Assembly: GCA_030834985.1 (NCBI GenBank)
Contig: JAUQWV010000003.1
Location: 656-64,655 of the forward strand
DNA from: Candidatus Dojkabacteria bacterium
Lineage (GTDB): Bacteria > Patescibacteriota > Dojkabacteria > J137
Direction: 5' to 3'
Length of the DNA: 64,000 nt
Shown: in pieces, positions 44,639 to 54,811 of the stretch
Layout of the letters: the number at the start of each line of letters is the position of its first letter
Numbering within the stretch: position 1 is the first letter of the stretch
Notes under the pieces: model-generated
What the model was told of the DNA's origin: nothing
The model's database searches: none
What the model saw: the letters and a program-made list of their open reading frames with translations, nothing else
Position numbers and translations under genes: made by a program

Positions 44639-46633
44639 ATGAAAAAATTTGTATTTTTCATTTCCTTTGTTTTTGTAACTATCCTATTCCATTCTACACT
44701 ATCTGCTAGCCTCAAAGCAGTCTCGTTTGAATACCCCGAATACAATGTAGACATTTCGATTAATACCGATTCATCTTTTACTGTTACTGAAAAAGCTGTT
44801 TATAGGGTTTATGGAGATTTCCATGGATTAAGAAGAGACTTAACTTTGGCCGACGCAAGAAGAGACGAACTTTGCAGAGCTGCAAGCAACTTGTATTGCG
44901 GAGGCTTTGACAGAGTTGTTGTAAATTCAGTTAAAGATTTAAGTGGAAACGATATCTCTAATCTTATTAAACTCTATGTGATTGAGGATGAAGATAATGA
45001 TAAAAGATCTATGAGATTTGAATGGGAAATTTTCCCAAACGGTGAAAATCAAAATGGTACTCAATTTGGTTGGATACTTAACTATACAATCTACGGCGGA
45101 ATTGCCGCTGTTGAAAATTCGCCATATTTTTACTGGAATTTATTACCGGAAGACAGAAGCGGAATTGTAGACAGCTCAGTTATAAGTATTAAATTACCAC
45201 CGTCTGCAGCACTTGATATCAGTAAGCTGAAAGTCTATACAGACATGCTCTTTAGACAATCAAGTACAGAAAACTCTATTACTTTTCAGCTAAATAATTT
45301 ACCATCATACGGTCCATTTACAGCTGCATATCAATTTGAAAGTTCAGAGATTCAATTACCAGGGCAAATTACATATACAATAAGTCCTGCATTTTCATAT
45401 AGTGTTTACTTAGATAGTATTGATGTTACAGATCAAGTAGATGGCGTTATTAAATCAGTAACGGCAGGACAGCATTTAGTCAGATTTGAACATATTGGCT
45501 ATGAGACAGTCGAACAACTAGTTGATGTCGAATCAGGTAAAACTAGAATTTTAGATATTAATTTAAAGCCGCATCCTTGGATGCAGATACTCTTAATAAT
45601 AAATAATTTGATATGTATATGCGGGTGTTTGCTAATTCCATTCGGACTTTTAGCAGTATATATGCACTATCGTAAGAGAGGTCGAGATAAAGATATGCCA
45701 AAAACTATAATTCCTTTATTTAAACCACCAGCAAACACCCGCCCATACTTAGTCGGTTCTCTTGCCGATGAGCAGGTTGATAGGCACGATGTAGTTGGTA
45801 CTATTATCGATTTAGCATATAGAGGATATCTAAAAATTAAAGAGATAGACAAAAATAAAAATTATGAATTAACAAAATTAGAAGGCAAATCAGATGATCC
45901 AGGACTTAACGAAATAGAAACTCAAATTTTTAATGCACTATTTAAAAATGGCGATATTGTTCAGACAAAGGATTTAGGCACATCATTTCCTTCTGATTAT
46001 TTAAAAATTCAACAAAATATTTATAAGGAGATGGTTAATGAAGGTTACTTTAACCGAGCGCCAAAAACTACTATTGGGCTTTATGCAGGATTTGGAGTTT
46101 TTGCAGTAGTTTTTGGCTTTTTAGCAACAATTTGTGTAACTACAATATTAATTACATTCTTAGGCGTAATAACTTTATTTACACCTGGAATTCTTATTGT
46201 ATTTGTTGGCATTGCAATACTGATTATTGCCAAATTTATGCCAGCTAAAACAGCTAAAGGTAGCAAAGTGTATGCAGATATTTTAGGCTTTAAAATGTAT
46301 ATGCAAACTGCTGAACGCTTTACAGTTCAAAAGCTTGAGCCAGAACATTTTGTTAAATATTTAAGTTATGCAATTGTCTTTAAAATAGAAAAAGAATGGG
46401 CAAAGAAGTTTGAAGATATTTATAAAGGACAGCCTGAGTGGTTTGAAGGAACAAACGATATATATAATGCCTTATGGGTCAGCTCTTTTGCCAGAAGCTT
46501 TAGTAACTCTACAACTCAAAGTATGATGCCAATAACATCTGGGAGTTCCAGTGGAAGTGGATGGAGTGGCGGTGGTTCTTTCGGAGGATTCTCCGGAGGA
46601 GGTGGCGGTGGCGGCTCCTCCGGCGGTTGGTAA
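44639..46633 (+). CDS. DUF2207-family membrane protein (664 aa) with a Gly-rich C-terminus
   Basis: Signal peptide, central TM helices, and a terminal SGSGWSGGGSFGGFSGGGGGGGSSGGW tail typical of DUF2207. Confidence 0.7.
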   Translation: MKKFVFFISFVFVTILFHSTLSASLKAVSFEYPEYNVDISINTDSSFTVTEKAVYRVYGDFHGLRRDLTLADARRDELCRAASNLYCGGFDRVVVNSVKDLSGNDISNLIKLYVIEDEDNDKRSMRFEWEIFPNGENQNGTQFGWILNYTIYGGIAAVENSPYFYWNLLPEDRSGIVDSSVISIKLPPSAALDISKLKVYTDMLFRQSSTENSITFQLNNLPSYGPFTAAYQFESSEIQLPGQITYTISPAFSYSVYLDSIDVTDQVDGVIKSVTAGQHLVRFEHIGYETVEQLVDVESGKTRILDINLKPHPWMQILLIINNLICICGCLLIPFGLLAVYMHYRKRGRDKDMPKTIIPLFKPPANTRPYLVGSLADEQVDRHDVVGTIIDLAYRGYLKIKEIDKNKNYELTKLEGKSDDPGLNEIETQIFNALFKNGDIVQTKDLGTSFPSDYLKIQQNIYKEMVNEGYFNRAPKTTIGLYAGFGVFAVVFGFLATICVTTILITFLGVITLFTPGILIVFVGIAILIIAKFMPAKTAKGSKVYADILGFKMYMQTAERFTVQKLEPEHFVKYLSYAIVFKIEKEWAKKFEDIYKGQPEWFEGTNDIYNALWVSSFARSFSNSTTQSMMPITSGSSSGSGWSGGGSFGGFSGGGGGGGSSGGW

Positions 46634-46635
46634 AA

Positions 46636-47079
46636 TTATAACTTTTCTAATCTCTCAATAGTCTTTCTTATTGTTTCACTGCCATCTTTTATTTCAGCGG
46701 TTTCACTATTAGTTATTACACCATCACTCAACATATCTCTTAATTTATTAATAATCTCAACTAACATTCTATAATCTTCTTCGCCGACTTGATTCAAAGA
46801 TGAATAAATCATAACGACACTTCTTAGCGATGCTTTTATTGCAATTTTATCTTCTTCTCTGCCTTCTGAGCTATCAACTGCATCTTCAAGTCTTTCTACA
46901 GTCGCTTCTATCTCTGTAGTAGAAGTTATAGGTGTAGCTTCACCAGTAAAAAACTGCTCTCTAACTTTAGGATTTAATGTACCTACTACCTCTTGAAGTA
47001 TTCTTGCAACTTCTTGCTTTCTTTGAGCAACGATATCAGGTTGTGTCTCGTTAGTCGTATCTAAAACAGAGTTTGACAT
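46636..47079 (-). CDS. Hypothetical acidic protein (147 aa)
   Basis: ORF only. No recognisable motifs. Confidence 0.45.
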   Translation of the reverse strand: MSNSVLDTTNETQPDIVAQRKQEVARILQEVVGTLNPKVREQFFTGEATPITSTTEIEATVERLEDAVDSSEGREEDKIAIKASLRSVVMIYSSLNQVGEEDYRMLVEIINKLRDMLSDGVITNSETAEIKDGSETIRKTIERLEKL

Positions 47080-47153
47080 AATGTTTATCTAAAAAGTAAA
47101 TACAAATATCATATTAGAGCTTAAAATACATTTTTGTAAAGCAGGTGAAAGTC

Positions 47154-47672
47154 CTAAAAAGATATACTTACTGATTTTTCAAGCCCATCAAGAGTATTAG
47201 GAGTACCTAAAGTTGAGTCTGCAGATAAAGTTACACTTGTAAATCTGCCAGGGTCTTGTTTTTTATCAAATATAATTTTGGCAAAATTTGTAATATCCTT
47301 AAATCCAGTAGCATTTGCAGATCTAACTTCTAGAGATATCGTTCCTGCGGAATTATTAATTTTCTGATTAACAGCTATAACATTAGAAGACATTATAATA
47401 TCTTCTACTTCAAGTAAATCTTTATCAAAAGTTAGTTCAAAATTTCCCGAAGTAACAGGAGTTGTAACTAGTATCTGTGAGTTTAGGTCTACTACTACTT
47501 TGTCTACATAAAGCGTGTCATCTTCAACCTGACTAAGTGCAACAAGGTTATAAACATTTGCTGATGAGCTCTCTAACGCATTATTCTGATTAATTTGATT
47601 GATTAAAAATACTCCACCAAGTGTGGCTGCAAGTATTCCCACTATGATTAAAAGATTTCTGAACTGCTGCAT
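47154..47672 (-). CDS. Membrane-anchored protein (172 aa) with a single cohesin-like beta-sandwich domain
   Basis: N-terminal TM. The LNSQILVTTPVTSGNFELTFDKDLLEV pattern resembles the cohesin core motif. Confidence 0.5.
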   Translation of the reverse strand: MQQFRNLLIIVGILAATLGGVFLINQINQNNALESSSANVYNLVALSQVEDDTLYVDKVVVDLNSQILVTTPVTSGNFELTFDKDLLEVEDIIMSSNVIAVNQKINNSAGTISLEVRSANATGFKDITNFAKIIFDKKQDPGRFTSVTLSADSTLGTPNTLDGLEKSVSISF

Positions 47673-47700
47673 AAATCTATTTAATCATAAATAACAAAAT

Positions 47701-47743
47701 AGCGCCAGTGCGTTGTTCCCTTTGGTTCCAACGCACTGGCGCT
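47701..47743 (-). terminator. 15-bp stem hairpin (agcgccagtgcgttg ... caacgcactggcgct) downstream of fusA
   Basis: Long perfect inverted repeat. On the minus strand it is followed by attttgttattt. Confidence 0.6.
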
Positions 47744-47765
47744 TTAAAAATTTAAGATTAAACTA

Positions 47766-49919
47766 TTATTTAGCTGAATCTACTAACACTTTCTCCATAA
47801 TATTCTTAGGAACTTCAGCATAGTGGCTTGGCTCCATGTTTGGAGCAGCAGTTCCAGAAGTTAAGTTTCTTAAATCAGAAACATAACCGAATAATTCAGA
47901 AAGCGGAGCTTCTGCAATAATCTCTTTTGTTTTACCTCTTTGCAATAAATTCTTTACAATACCTCTTTTAGAAGATAAGTAGCCTGTGCAAGCACCTACG
48001 TATTCTTCTGGAGCATTGATTGTTACAGTCATAATAGGCTCTAATAATACAGGGTTGCAAGCTTTCATTGCATTTTTAAATCCATAGTAAGCACAAGTTC
48101 TAAATGTATCTGTATTTGAATCAACTTCGTGATAGGAACCATCAACAATTTCAGCTTGAACATCTACAACAGGATATCCACCCAATGGGCCGGCTGTAAT
48201 TGATTCCTGAATTCCTTTATCGATAGCTGGGATATATTCTCTTGGAATTGATCCTCCTTTAATACTGTCTACAAATTTGTAACCTTCACCTCTTTCAAGT
48301 GGTTTAAGTACAAATGCGATATCAGCATATTGACCTGCACCACCAGACTGTTTCTTTAACAATTCTCGGTGTTCACCACTTGCTGTAATTGTTTCTCTAT
48401 AGGCAACTTGAGGTTTACCAACATTTACTTCAATTCCGTATTCTCTTTTTAGAATATCAACTTTAATGTCTAAGTGAAGCTCGCCCATTCCTGCAATAAT
48501 TACTTGTCCAGTTTCGCTATCCGTTTCAGCTTTAAATGTTGGATCTTCCGATACCAATTTAGCTAAAGCTTCTGATAATTTTTCTTGATCTGATTTTGTT
48601 TTTGGCTCAATTGCAAATCTTACAACAGGTTCTGCAAAGTTAATTCCTTCTAGAACAATTGGCTTATTTTCATCACAAATTGTGTTTCCTGTTTTTGTAT
48701 CTTTAAATCCAACAATTGCAGCAATATCGCCTGCTCTAACCTCTTTAACCTCTTCTCTGTGATTAGCATGCATCATTAAAATTCTACCTACTCTTTCTTT
48801 ACCGCCGCTTGTTGAATTGTAGACATATGTTCCAGACTGTAATTTACCAGAGTAAACTCTAAAGAATGCAAGGTTACCAACGTGTGGATCAACTGCTAAC
48901 TTGAATACTAAACCTGCAAATGGCTCTGTATCGTTTAATTGTCTTGTAATAGTTTCGCCTGTATTAGGGTCAGTTCCTGGGATTTGATCTTTATAAACTT
49001 TTTCTTCATGAGTTTCAGGATCTTCTTTTGCAAAATACTTATCGTGTGGTGATGGCAAGTATCTGCAAACATTGTCCAACATAGCTTGAACACCTTTGTT
49101 TCTTAAAGATGAACCTGCCATAACAGGGAATATTTTGCTTGATAGAACTCCTGCTCTTATTGCAGCTTCAAGCTCAGAAGCAGAAATCTCCTGACCATCT
49201 AGATATTTTTCAGCAACTGCATCATCAACATCTGCTGCAGCTTCAATTAATTTGTTTCTCCAAGTTGTAGCATTCTCTTTTAACTCTTCAGGTATATCAA
49301 CAACGTCAATTACTTTGCCTTCGTCATCTTTATGAATTAAAGCCTTAAATTGAACTAGGTCAATAAGACCGTGGAAGTCACTTTCAATACCGATTGGTAA
49401 ACTTATTGGAACTGCTTTATCTGTTAGATGTTCGTTAATACTATCGTATGATTTATAGAAATCTGCACCGATGTTATCTAGCTTATTGATGTAGCACATT
49501 CTAGGTACTCTATATTTTTCTGCCTGGAACCATACTTTAGAAGATTGAGGTTCTACACCCATTTTTCCGTCAAATACAACAACAGCCCCATCTAAAACTC
49601 TTAATGATCTTTCTACTTCAGCTGTAAAGTCAACGTGCCCTGGAGTATCAATAATGTTAAATCTATAAGTCTGTCCATGTAATTCCCAGAATGCCGTTGT
49701 TGCGGCAGATTGAATTGTAATACCACGTTCTCGCTCCTGGTCCATAAAGTCCATTTCTGCTGCACCTTCATGAACTTCACCAGTTTTATGTTTTCTTCCT
49801 GTAAAGAACAATATTCTTTCTGTAGTAGTAGTTTTACCTGCATCTACATGAGCAATAATTCCTATATTCCTATAAAAATGGGTATCTTTTACCTTTGAAT
49901 AGTCAATAACACCTGCCAT
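47766..49919 (-). CDS. fusA: Elongation factor G
   Basis: [24 protein letters not shown] and domain IV/V motifs. 717 aa. Confidence 0.95.
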   Translation of the reverse strand: MAGVIDYSKVKDTHFYRNIGIIAHVDAGKTTTTERILFFTGRKHKTGEVHEGAAEMDFMDQERERGITIQSAATTAFWELHGQTYRFNIIDTPGHVDFTAEVERSLRVLDGAVVVFDGKMGVEPQSSKVWFQAEKYRVPRMCYINKLDNIGADFYKSYDSINEHLTDKAVPISLPIGIESDFHGLIDLVQFKALIHKDDEGKVIDVVDIPEELKENATTWRNKLIEAAADVDDAVAEKYLDGQEISASELEAAIRAGVLSSKIFPVMAGSSLRNKGVQAMLDNVCRYLPSPHDKYFAKEDPETHEEKVYKDQIPGTDPNTGETITRQLNDTEPFAGLVFKLAVDPHVGNLAFFRVYSGKLQSGTYVYNSTSGGKERVGRILMMHANHREEVKEVRAGDIAAIVGFKDTKTGNTICDENKPIVLEGINFAEPVVRFAIEPKTKSDQEKLSEALAKLVSEDPTFKAETDSETGQVIIAGMGELHLDIKVDILKREYGIEVNVGKPQVAYRETITASGEHRELLKKQSGGAGQYADIAFVLKPLERGEGYKFVDSIKGGSIPREYIPAIDKGIQESITAGPLGGYPVVDVQAEIVDGSYHEVDSNTDTFRTCAYYGFKNAMKACNPVLLEPIMTVTINAPEEYVGACTGYLSSKRGIVKNLLQRGKTKEIIAEAPLSELFGYVSDLRNLTSGTAAPNMEPSHYAEVPKNIMEKVLVDSAK

Positions 49920-50080
49920 ATAAAATTTAATTTAATAATTTATTATTCCGCTAAACTAGCAAGCGAATTCTCGCATAATTTGGCAACAATTTCAATTGCT
50001 GAACTATGCAGTATTTCTTCCGTTGTACAGAGCCCAAAAGTCAATCGCGAGCATATCTGCTCTTTTTCTATTAATCTAAA

Positions 50081-50485
50081 TTAGGAGAACCTTATTATAA
50101 ATTTATAGGTATCGCCACCGCAGTAGCCTTCGATTTCCTCACCTGCAGCTTGCGGTGGGATATTAAAATAAGTACTTCCAGTTGGGGGTAAATATTCTTT
50201 AATACCTAGCTTGGGGATATTAATAAAAGCAGTACAGTCATAAGTATTGCTGGTATCAACCTTAAGCTGGGTTGGGAGACTGGCTTTTGCACTTATCCTG
50301 TTTGGCGAATATCCCAACCCAGCTTTAATTGTAATATTCTGTACATTATTTGTTAATTCGACTGCTGAGTCTGTATATTCAGGACTGCTGCTTAATAATT
50401 TAGTACCAGCTAAAACAAGTAGCAAAAAAACAGGCAATAATACCACGCCTAATAAAAGTGTTTTTTTGCTAGATAAGAACTTCAT
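50081..50485 (-). CDS. Small secreted/membrane hypothetical protein (134 aa)
   Basis: Signal anchor KKTLLLGVVLLPVFLLLVLAG. No known motifs. Confidence 0.5.
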   Translation of the reverse strand: MKFLSSKKTLLLGVVLLPVFLLLVLAGTKLLSSSPEYTDSAVELTNNVQNITIKAGLGYSPNRISAKASLPTQLKVDTSNTYDCTAFINIPKLGIKEYLPPTGSTYFNIPPQAAGEEIEGYCGGDTYKFIIRFS

Positions 50486-50529
50486 TCCTATTAAGTTAAA
50501 TAATCTATATGAATTTAGTATAAAGGGTC

Positions 50530-53500
50530 CTAGTTATTTGTAAAACCGATTTCCCTAATTGAATATTTATCGTAGTTTAGATCCTGCTTAAAGACTTCTC
50601 TGTATCTTGCATCATAATAGAATACATGAGCAGGCTGCAATTGATTAGCATTTAGGTTAATGTCTCGCTGTAAGAATAGATCATCACTTGTAACACTACC
50701 TTTAATCATTAAGCCATCACCTTTAGTAGAAGTATTCAATCGATCTAACTTAGTAATTAACTGTCCATCTGTAAAGAATGCTGCTTCAATATAGTCATAT
50801 CTTGCTAAAGCCGAATCGTTTACATCTAATGGACCGCTTGCCTGTGTTCCGCCGTTTTCAATTAAGATATCTCTTGTGACTACAAAAATACATCCATTTG
50901 TAGCATTATTTGCAGTAAAGTTAGGTGTGATTTCAACAACAGCATTTGGATAATCGGAATCTAATACTGTTGCAGTGTCACCTCGAACAAAGAATATTGT
51001 TTTAGTATTGCAGGTTGCATTCTCAACTCGTAATGTTCCATTAATTAAGACATGAGCCTTTGCACCTGGCGATACACCCAAGAAATTTGAGGCTTCTCCT
51101 GTTAACACTGCATCTCCAGCGATTGTTGTTATTGGTGCAGCATTATTCTTTTTAACTACTTCATAAATATATGTAAACCAATTGCCATAACCTGAATCTA
51201 AAGGCGGTTTTGTTGATAAATCATCGTATCTAGTTAAATATTGAGATGTTTTTGACTGTTTTCTTAAAGGCATATCTGCAGTTCCGCTAATTGAGCTGAA
51301 TGATGACAAGAATACAGATAACTTATCTGTTAACAATGGCTGAGGAATACTTGGTGCTGCTCTTAAGTCGTCAGCAAGCTCATTAAGCCCATTTGGTACT
51401 GAAATTCCAATTATTCCATCCCCAGCAGAAACATCGCCGTTGTATCCAATCAGCCAAGGTCTCTGCAAGAATGCAGTTGCTGAAATTCCTCTCTGGTTAC
51501 ATGCTGAGTCTCTAGTAAATGCATAGAATAAGTAATTTGATTGTTTTGTTGGATCATCATCCTGGTATTCCCTTTGCCCTAAGCTTGCCTCTGTTACAAA
51601 TCCATTCCAAGGATTTATTGAATCAAACGTGATACTACCATTATTGTAATTTGCAGTATTAGGAATTTCCATACCTAAGTCAATGTAACTACCGGCAGAT
51701 AAATCTCTTAGAGCTGAATCGTCAATATCGCTTGTTACAAATGATTTTAATCTTAACCCATTAATTTCGTTAAACTGCCAATTAATTCTAAATTGTGACG
51801 GAGTTGTGTAGGTAGCAGTTCCAAAGCCCAATGGTGCCGGAGGAACAGTATCTACCCCCCAATTTACAAGTGAGCCCATAGCGTTAACTTTTCGGTACAC
51901 AAAGGAACTTTGGGGCGTTGAATACGACGTCTTAAGTCTACCTTCAGGGTCTCTAAACAACGCCGCAACAAAGTACGAAAATTTACCAAGCGGGAAACTA
52001 TTATCGAGTCTAATTGTAAATCTTGAAGTTAAATTTGTTCCTGATGCTTGAGCCGTAGATGTACTTCTAAAGCCCATCAATGTACCACCTAATCCTTGTA
52101 AGTTACCCGCATCTATAGTGCTTGCCCAGCCTGAGCCAGTATAAACTCTTGCCGCAGAAGGATTACCTGCTGCATCAAGTACGATTTTAGCTGCGAATGC
52201 TCTAGCACCATTAACTTTAGGTAAAAGTAATGCTTCCGTTTGAGTCTGCCCAACTTCTATATTAGAGGTTACTTGAGCAGGAATTCCAGACTGACTGTTG
52301 AAAGGATCGTTTGCAGGAACAATAGCTACCCAGGCTTCTACAAATGTATTGCCCGGTAGTGTTGTAAAGTTTAATCTAAAGTCTACCGGATTTGTTACTA
52401 ATGGAGATCCAGCCTGACCAGAAAAACCACCTCCACAAACATCTGCCTGAATACCGCTTGTAGTAACTTCTGTAGAATCATCAATTACTGTAAATCTAAA
52501 TACTGAACTTAAAGATGTTAAGCTTCCATTACTTTTTTGCACCCTCCAGCAATACGTAGTACCTCGAGTTAAATTTGGTAATGAATTAACTGCCCCATAA
52601 TTTATATATGCCCCTGTACAATTTGGACTTACCTGCACAGTATAACTATTATTGTTAGTTGGACATCCTGTTCCCCAGCCGCTTGAATTAACATCGTAAG
52701 ATAAAGGAACACTATTACCTACTCCCAAAGTAACATTTGCATTATTAGCAGGGCTTGTTAATGCTGCTACACCTGGAGCTGACTGACTACAAGGCGGCTG
52801 AACTCTAAAATTTACAACTGGGGAATCAGTAAATGCAGAACCGTTATGTTTACGAACAAACCATTCTACAAACGAGTTTGTAGGAAATGTAAGCTGGTGA
52901 GTATTTGAGTTTAAGCCATAGGCATTTCTATACTCAACATAATTTCCACCATTTACTCTTACAAACATTGATGAGTCGTATCGCATTGGGCATCCTCTAC
53001 CCCACCCTGATGAATTAAGATCATACGCAAAAGTTACAGTTGCCGAGGTTGTTGTAGTAAAAATCTGCCCATTACCTGGAGTATATAATGTTGCAGCCCC
53101 TGGAGATAATGGACTACAGTTACATGCCGCAACTACATCAGCTTGAGTGTTTGAACCAGTGGTTCCATTAGGCCTTACCAAGTATTTGTATGTAGGATCA
53201 TTACTACATTGTCTGCTTGTATAACCGTTCTGTGGAGTAATTGGCATACAGAATGTATTACTATTAGCACCTTGCTGACAGAATGGCCCATTTATCCAGC
53301 TACAGCTACTTACACCATCACCACATAACGGATAAAAACCGTTAGACCAAATACCACACCTATCACCGCACCTTCCAATACTTACATTACAAGCACATTG
53401 AGCATCTAAATTACTTTGGTCAGGGCAAAGAGGAGAAACACAAATCTTACGTGTGGGATGACAAATCGACCTATAAGCCCCAGTTGCACCTCTAGGACGG

Positions 53501-53661
53501 GAAGGATCCTGTCCAAACTGACTGTAAGGGCAATCATTATCGGTTTGGCATGGCCATCCGCATTCATGAGGACCTGCACTAACTGTTAAATTAGAGCTAA
53601 GTACCAAGTTAGTAATTATTCCTATAACAACAGTTATTGTTATTAACTTAATGACTTTCAT
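50530..53661 (-). CDS. Large (1043 aa) secreted protein with a Cys-rich N-terminal region and repeated FN3/Ig-like modules
   Basis: Signal peptide. CGWPCQTDNDCP, CHPTRKICVSPLCPD and CACNVSIGRCGDRCG cysteine clusters. Repeated LxYDxNSSGWGxGCP units. Confidence 0.7.
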   Translation of the reverse strand: MKVIKLITITVVIGIITNLVLSSNLTVSAGPHECGWPCQTDNDCPYSQFGQDPSRPRGATGAYRSICHPTRKICVSPLCPDQSNLDAQCACNVSIGRCGDRCGIWSNGFYPLCGDGVSSCSWINGPFCQQGANSNTFCMPITPQNGYTSRQCSNDPTYKYLVRPNGTTGSNTQADVVAACNCSPLSPGAATLYTPGNGQIFTTTTSATVTFAYDLNSSGWGRGCPMRYDSSMFVRVNGGNYVEYRNAYGLNSNTHQLTFPTNSFVEWFVRKHNGSAFTDSPVVNFRVQPPCSQSAPGVAALTSPANNANVTLGVGNSVPLSYDVNSSGWGTGCPTNNNSYTVQVSPNCTGAYINYGAVNSLPNLTRGTTYCWRVQKSNGSLTSLSSVFRFTVIDDSTEVTTSGIQADVCGGGFSGQAGSPLVTNPVDFRLNFTTLPGNTFVEAWVAIVPANDPFNSQSGIPAQVTSNIEVGQTQTEALLLPKVNGARAFAAKIVLDAAGNPSAARVYTGSGWASTIDAGNLQGLGGTLMGFRSTSTAQASGTNLTSRFTIRLDNSFPLGKFSYFVAALFRDPEGRLKTSYSTPQSSFVYRKVNAMGSLVNWGVDTVPPAPLGFGTATYTTPSQFRINWQFNEINGLRLKSFVTSDIDDSALRDLSAGSYIDLGMEIPNTANYNNGSITFDSINPWNGFVTEASLGQREYQDDDPTKQSNYLFYAFTRDSACNQRGISATAFLQRPWLIGYNGDVSAGDGIIGISVPNGLNELADDLRAAPSIPQPLLTDKLSVFLSSFSSISGTADMPLRKQSKTSQYLTRYDDLSTKPPLDSGYGNWFTYIYEVVKKNNAAPITTIAGDAVLTGEASNFLGVSPGAKAHVLINGTLRVENATCNTKTIFFVRGDTATVLDSDYPNAVVEITPNFTANNATNGCIFVVTRDILIENGGTQASGPLDVNDSALARYDYIEAAFFTDGQLITKLDRLNTSTKGDGLMIKGSVTSDDLFLQRDINLNANQLQPAHVFYYDARYREVFKQDLNYDKYSIREIGFTNN

Positions 53662-54326
53662 TTAATTGATAATGAAGTTAAAAATTCTTCAAAATTAGAT
53701 ACTGCTACAGTATTTTCTGCCTTTTCAATCGGTAATATTCCGCTACTTACACAAAAATCTTCTGCAAAACAATAATATGCCTGCCTAACTGCAAAATAAT
53801 CTAAAGGTTCAAATCCTTCTTTGTATGGTTCGTCAGGATCTGGAATAGCAACCCTAACATATGCCATTTCTATTTCACCCTGAAAAGTATTAAAGCTTCT
53901 AAATGCAATTCTGTCAAAAGTATTTAAACCTTCAACTAGAAATGATTGGTTGGCTATATAAAAAGTTGAATCATCTTTTGATATCTCATACACTCTACAG
54001 TTATCTGGATTTGATGAGTTACATACATAGTCTGTACCGGCAACACCAAGCCATGCTTTTTCTAACTGCCAATCATTTGAAAGTTCAACAGTTGTACTGT
54101 TTAATTCAATTGTAGTTTTGTTATCGAGTAATAGTTGCTTAGCAGGTTTAGTTGGATCAGGATTTAAACTACTATCAAAGTCATTTGTAGTATTTGTTCC
54201 GGTATCTGTTGATGGCTGTGTTGCCGAAGACTGCGTTAAAAAATATACAGCTACAGATACGGCCATAACTATAAGAAGAACTATGCCAATAATCGGATAA
54301 ATATTGTTTTTAATACCAAAAGTCAT
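53658..54326 (-). CDS. Membrane-anchored hypothetical protein (222 aa)
   Basis: N-terminal TM IIGIVLLIVMAVSVAVYFL. Overlaps the upstream gene by 4 nt, so probably co-transcribed. Confidence 0.55.
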   Translation of the reverse strand: MTFGIKNNIYPIIGIVLLIVMAVSVAVYFLTQSSATQPSTDTGTNTTNDFDSSLNPDPTKPAKQLLLDNKTTIELNSTTVELSNDWQLEKAWLGVAGTDYVCNSSNPDNCRVYEISKDDSTFYIANQSFLVEGLNTFDRIAFRSFNTFQGEIEMAYVRVAIPDPDEPYKEGFEPLDYFAVRQAYYCFAEDFCVSSGILPIEKAENTVAVSNFEEFLTSLSIK

Positions 54327-54364
54327 ATAAATTTCCTGCTCTTTAGATAGTATAATCAGATTGG

Positions 54365-54811
54365 TCAGGAAAGAAAAGCCTCAACTAAGACATCTTCTGA
54401 AGTTTTTTTAGAAAGTCCGTGAGACTTTAAATAATAAAGCTGATAGGGATCTAAATATCCAATTGTTGCACCATGCCCACCTTTGACTTCAGATTCTAAG
54501 ATCTCTAACGATGGGATTGCCCTTGCACATGCATTTTCATTCATTACAAGGCAGTCGATTTTTAGGTAAGTGTCAGTTCCAGTTGCACCTTTTTCAATTC
54601 GCAGCATTCCTTCAAAATCAAATTTTGCATGATCAAAAACGACTGCCTTAATATTGACGCGTGATTTTAGATTAGGCTTTTTATGTAAAATTGTTATTTT
54701 GCACTTAACTGAACTACCATCTTTACCGATAAATCTACCGGTAATTTCACTATCAGAAGTAACTTCTATTATTTGTTCAGGTTTATCAAAATTAATTTCT
54801 ATTTTTTTCAT
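54365..54811 (-). CDS. Stand-alone SufB/SufD C-terminal-domain-like protein (148 aa)
   Basis: IPSLEILESEVKGGHGATIGYLDPYQLYYLKSHGLS matches the conserved (P)ELEIxxDDVKCSHGAT(V)GQLDxExLFYLxSRGI region of SufB/SufD. Confidence 0.6.
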   Translation of the reverse strand: MKKIEINFDKPEQIIEVTSDSEITGRFIGKDGSSVKCKITILHKKPNLKSRVNIKAVVFDHAKFDFEGMLRIEKGATGTDTYLKIDCLVMNENACARAIPSLEILESEVKGGHGATIGYLDPYQLYYLKSHGLSKKTSEDVLVEAFLS

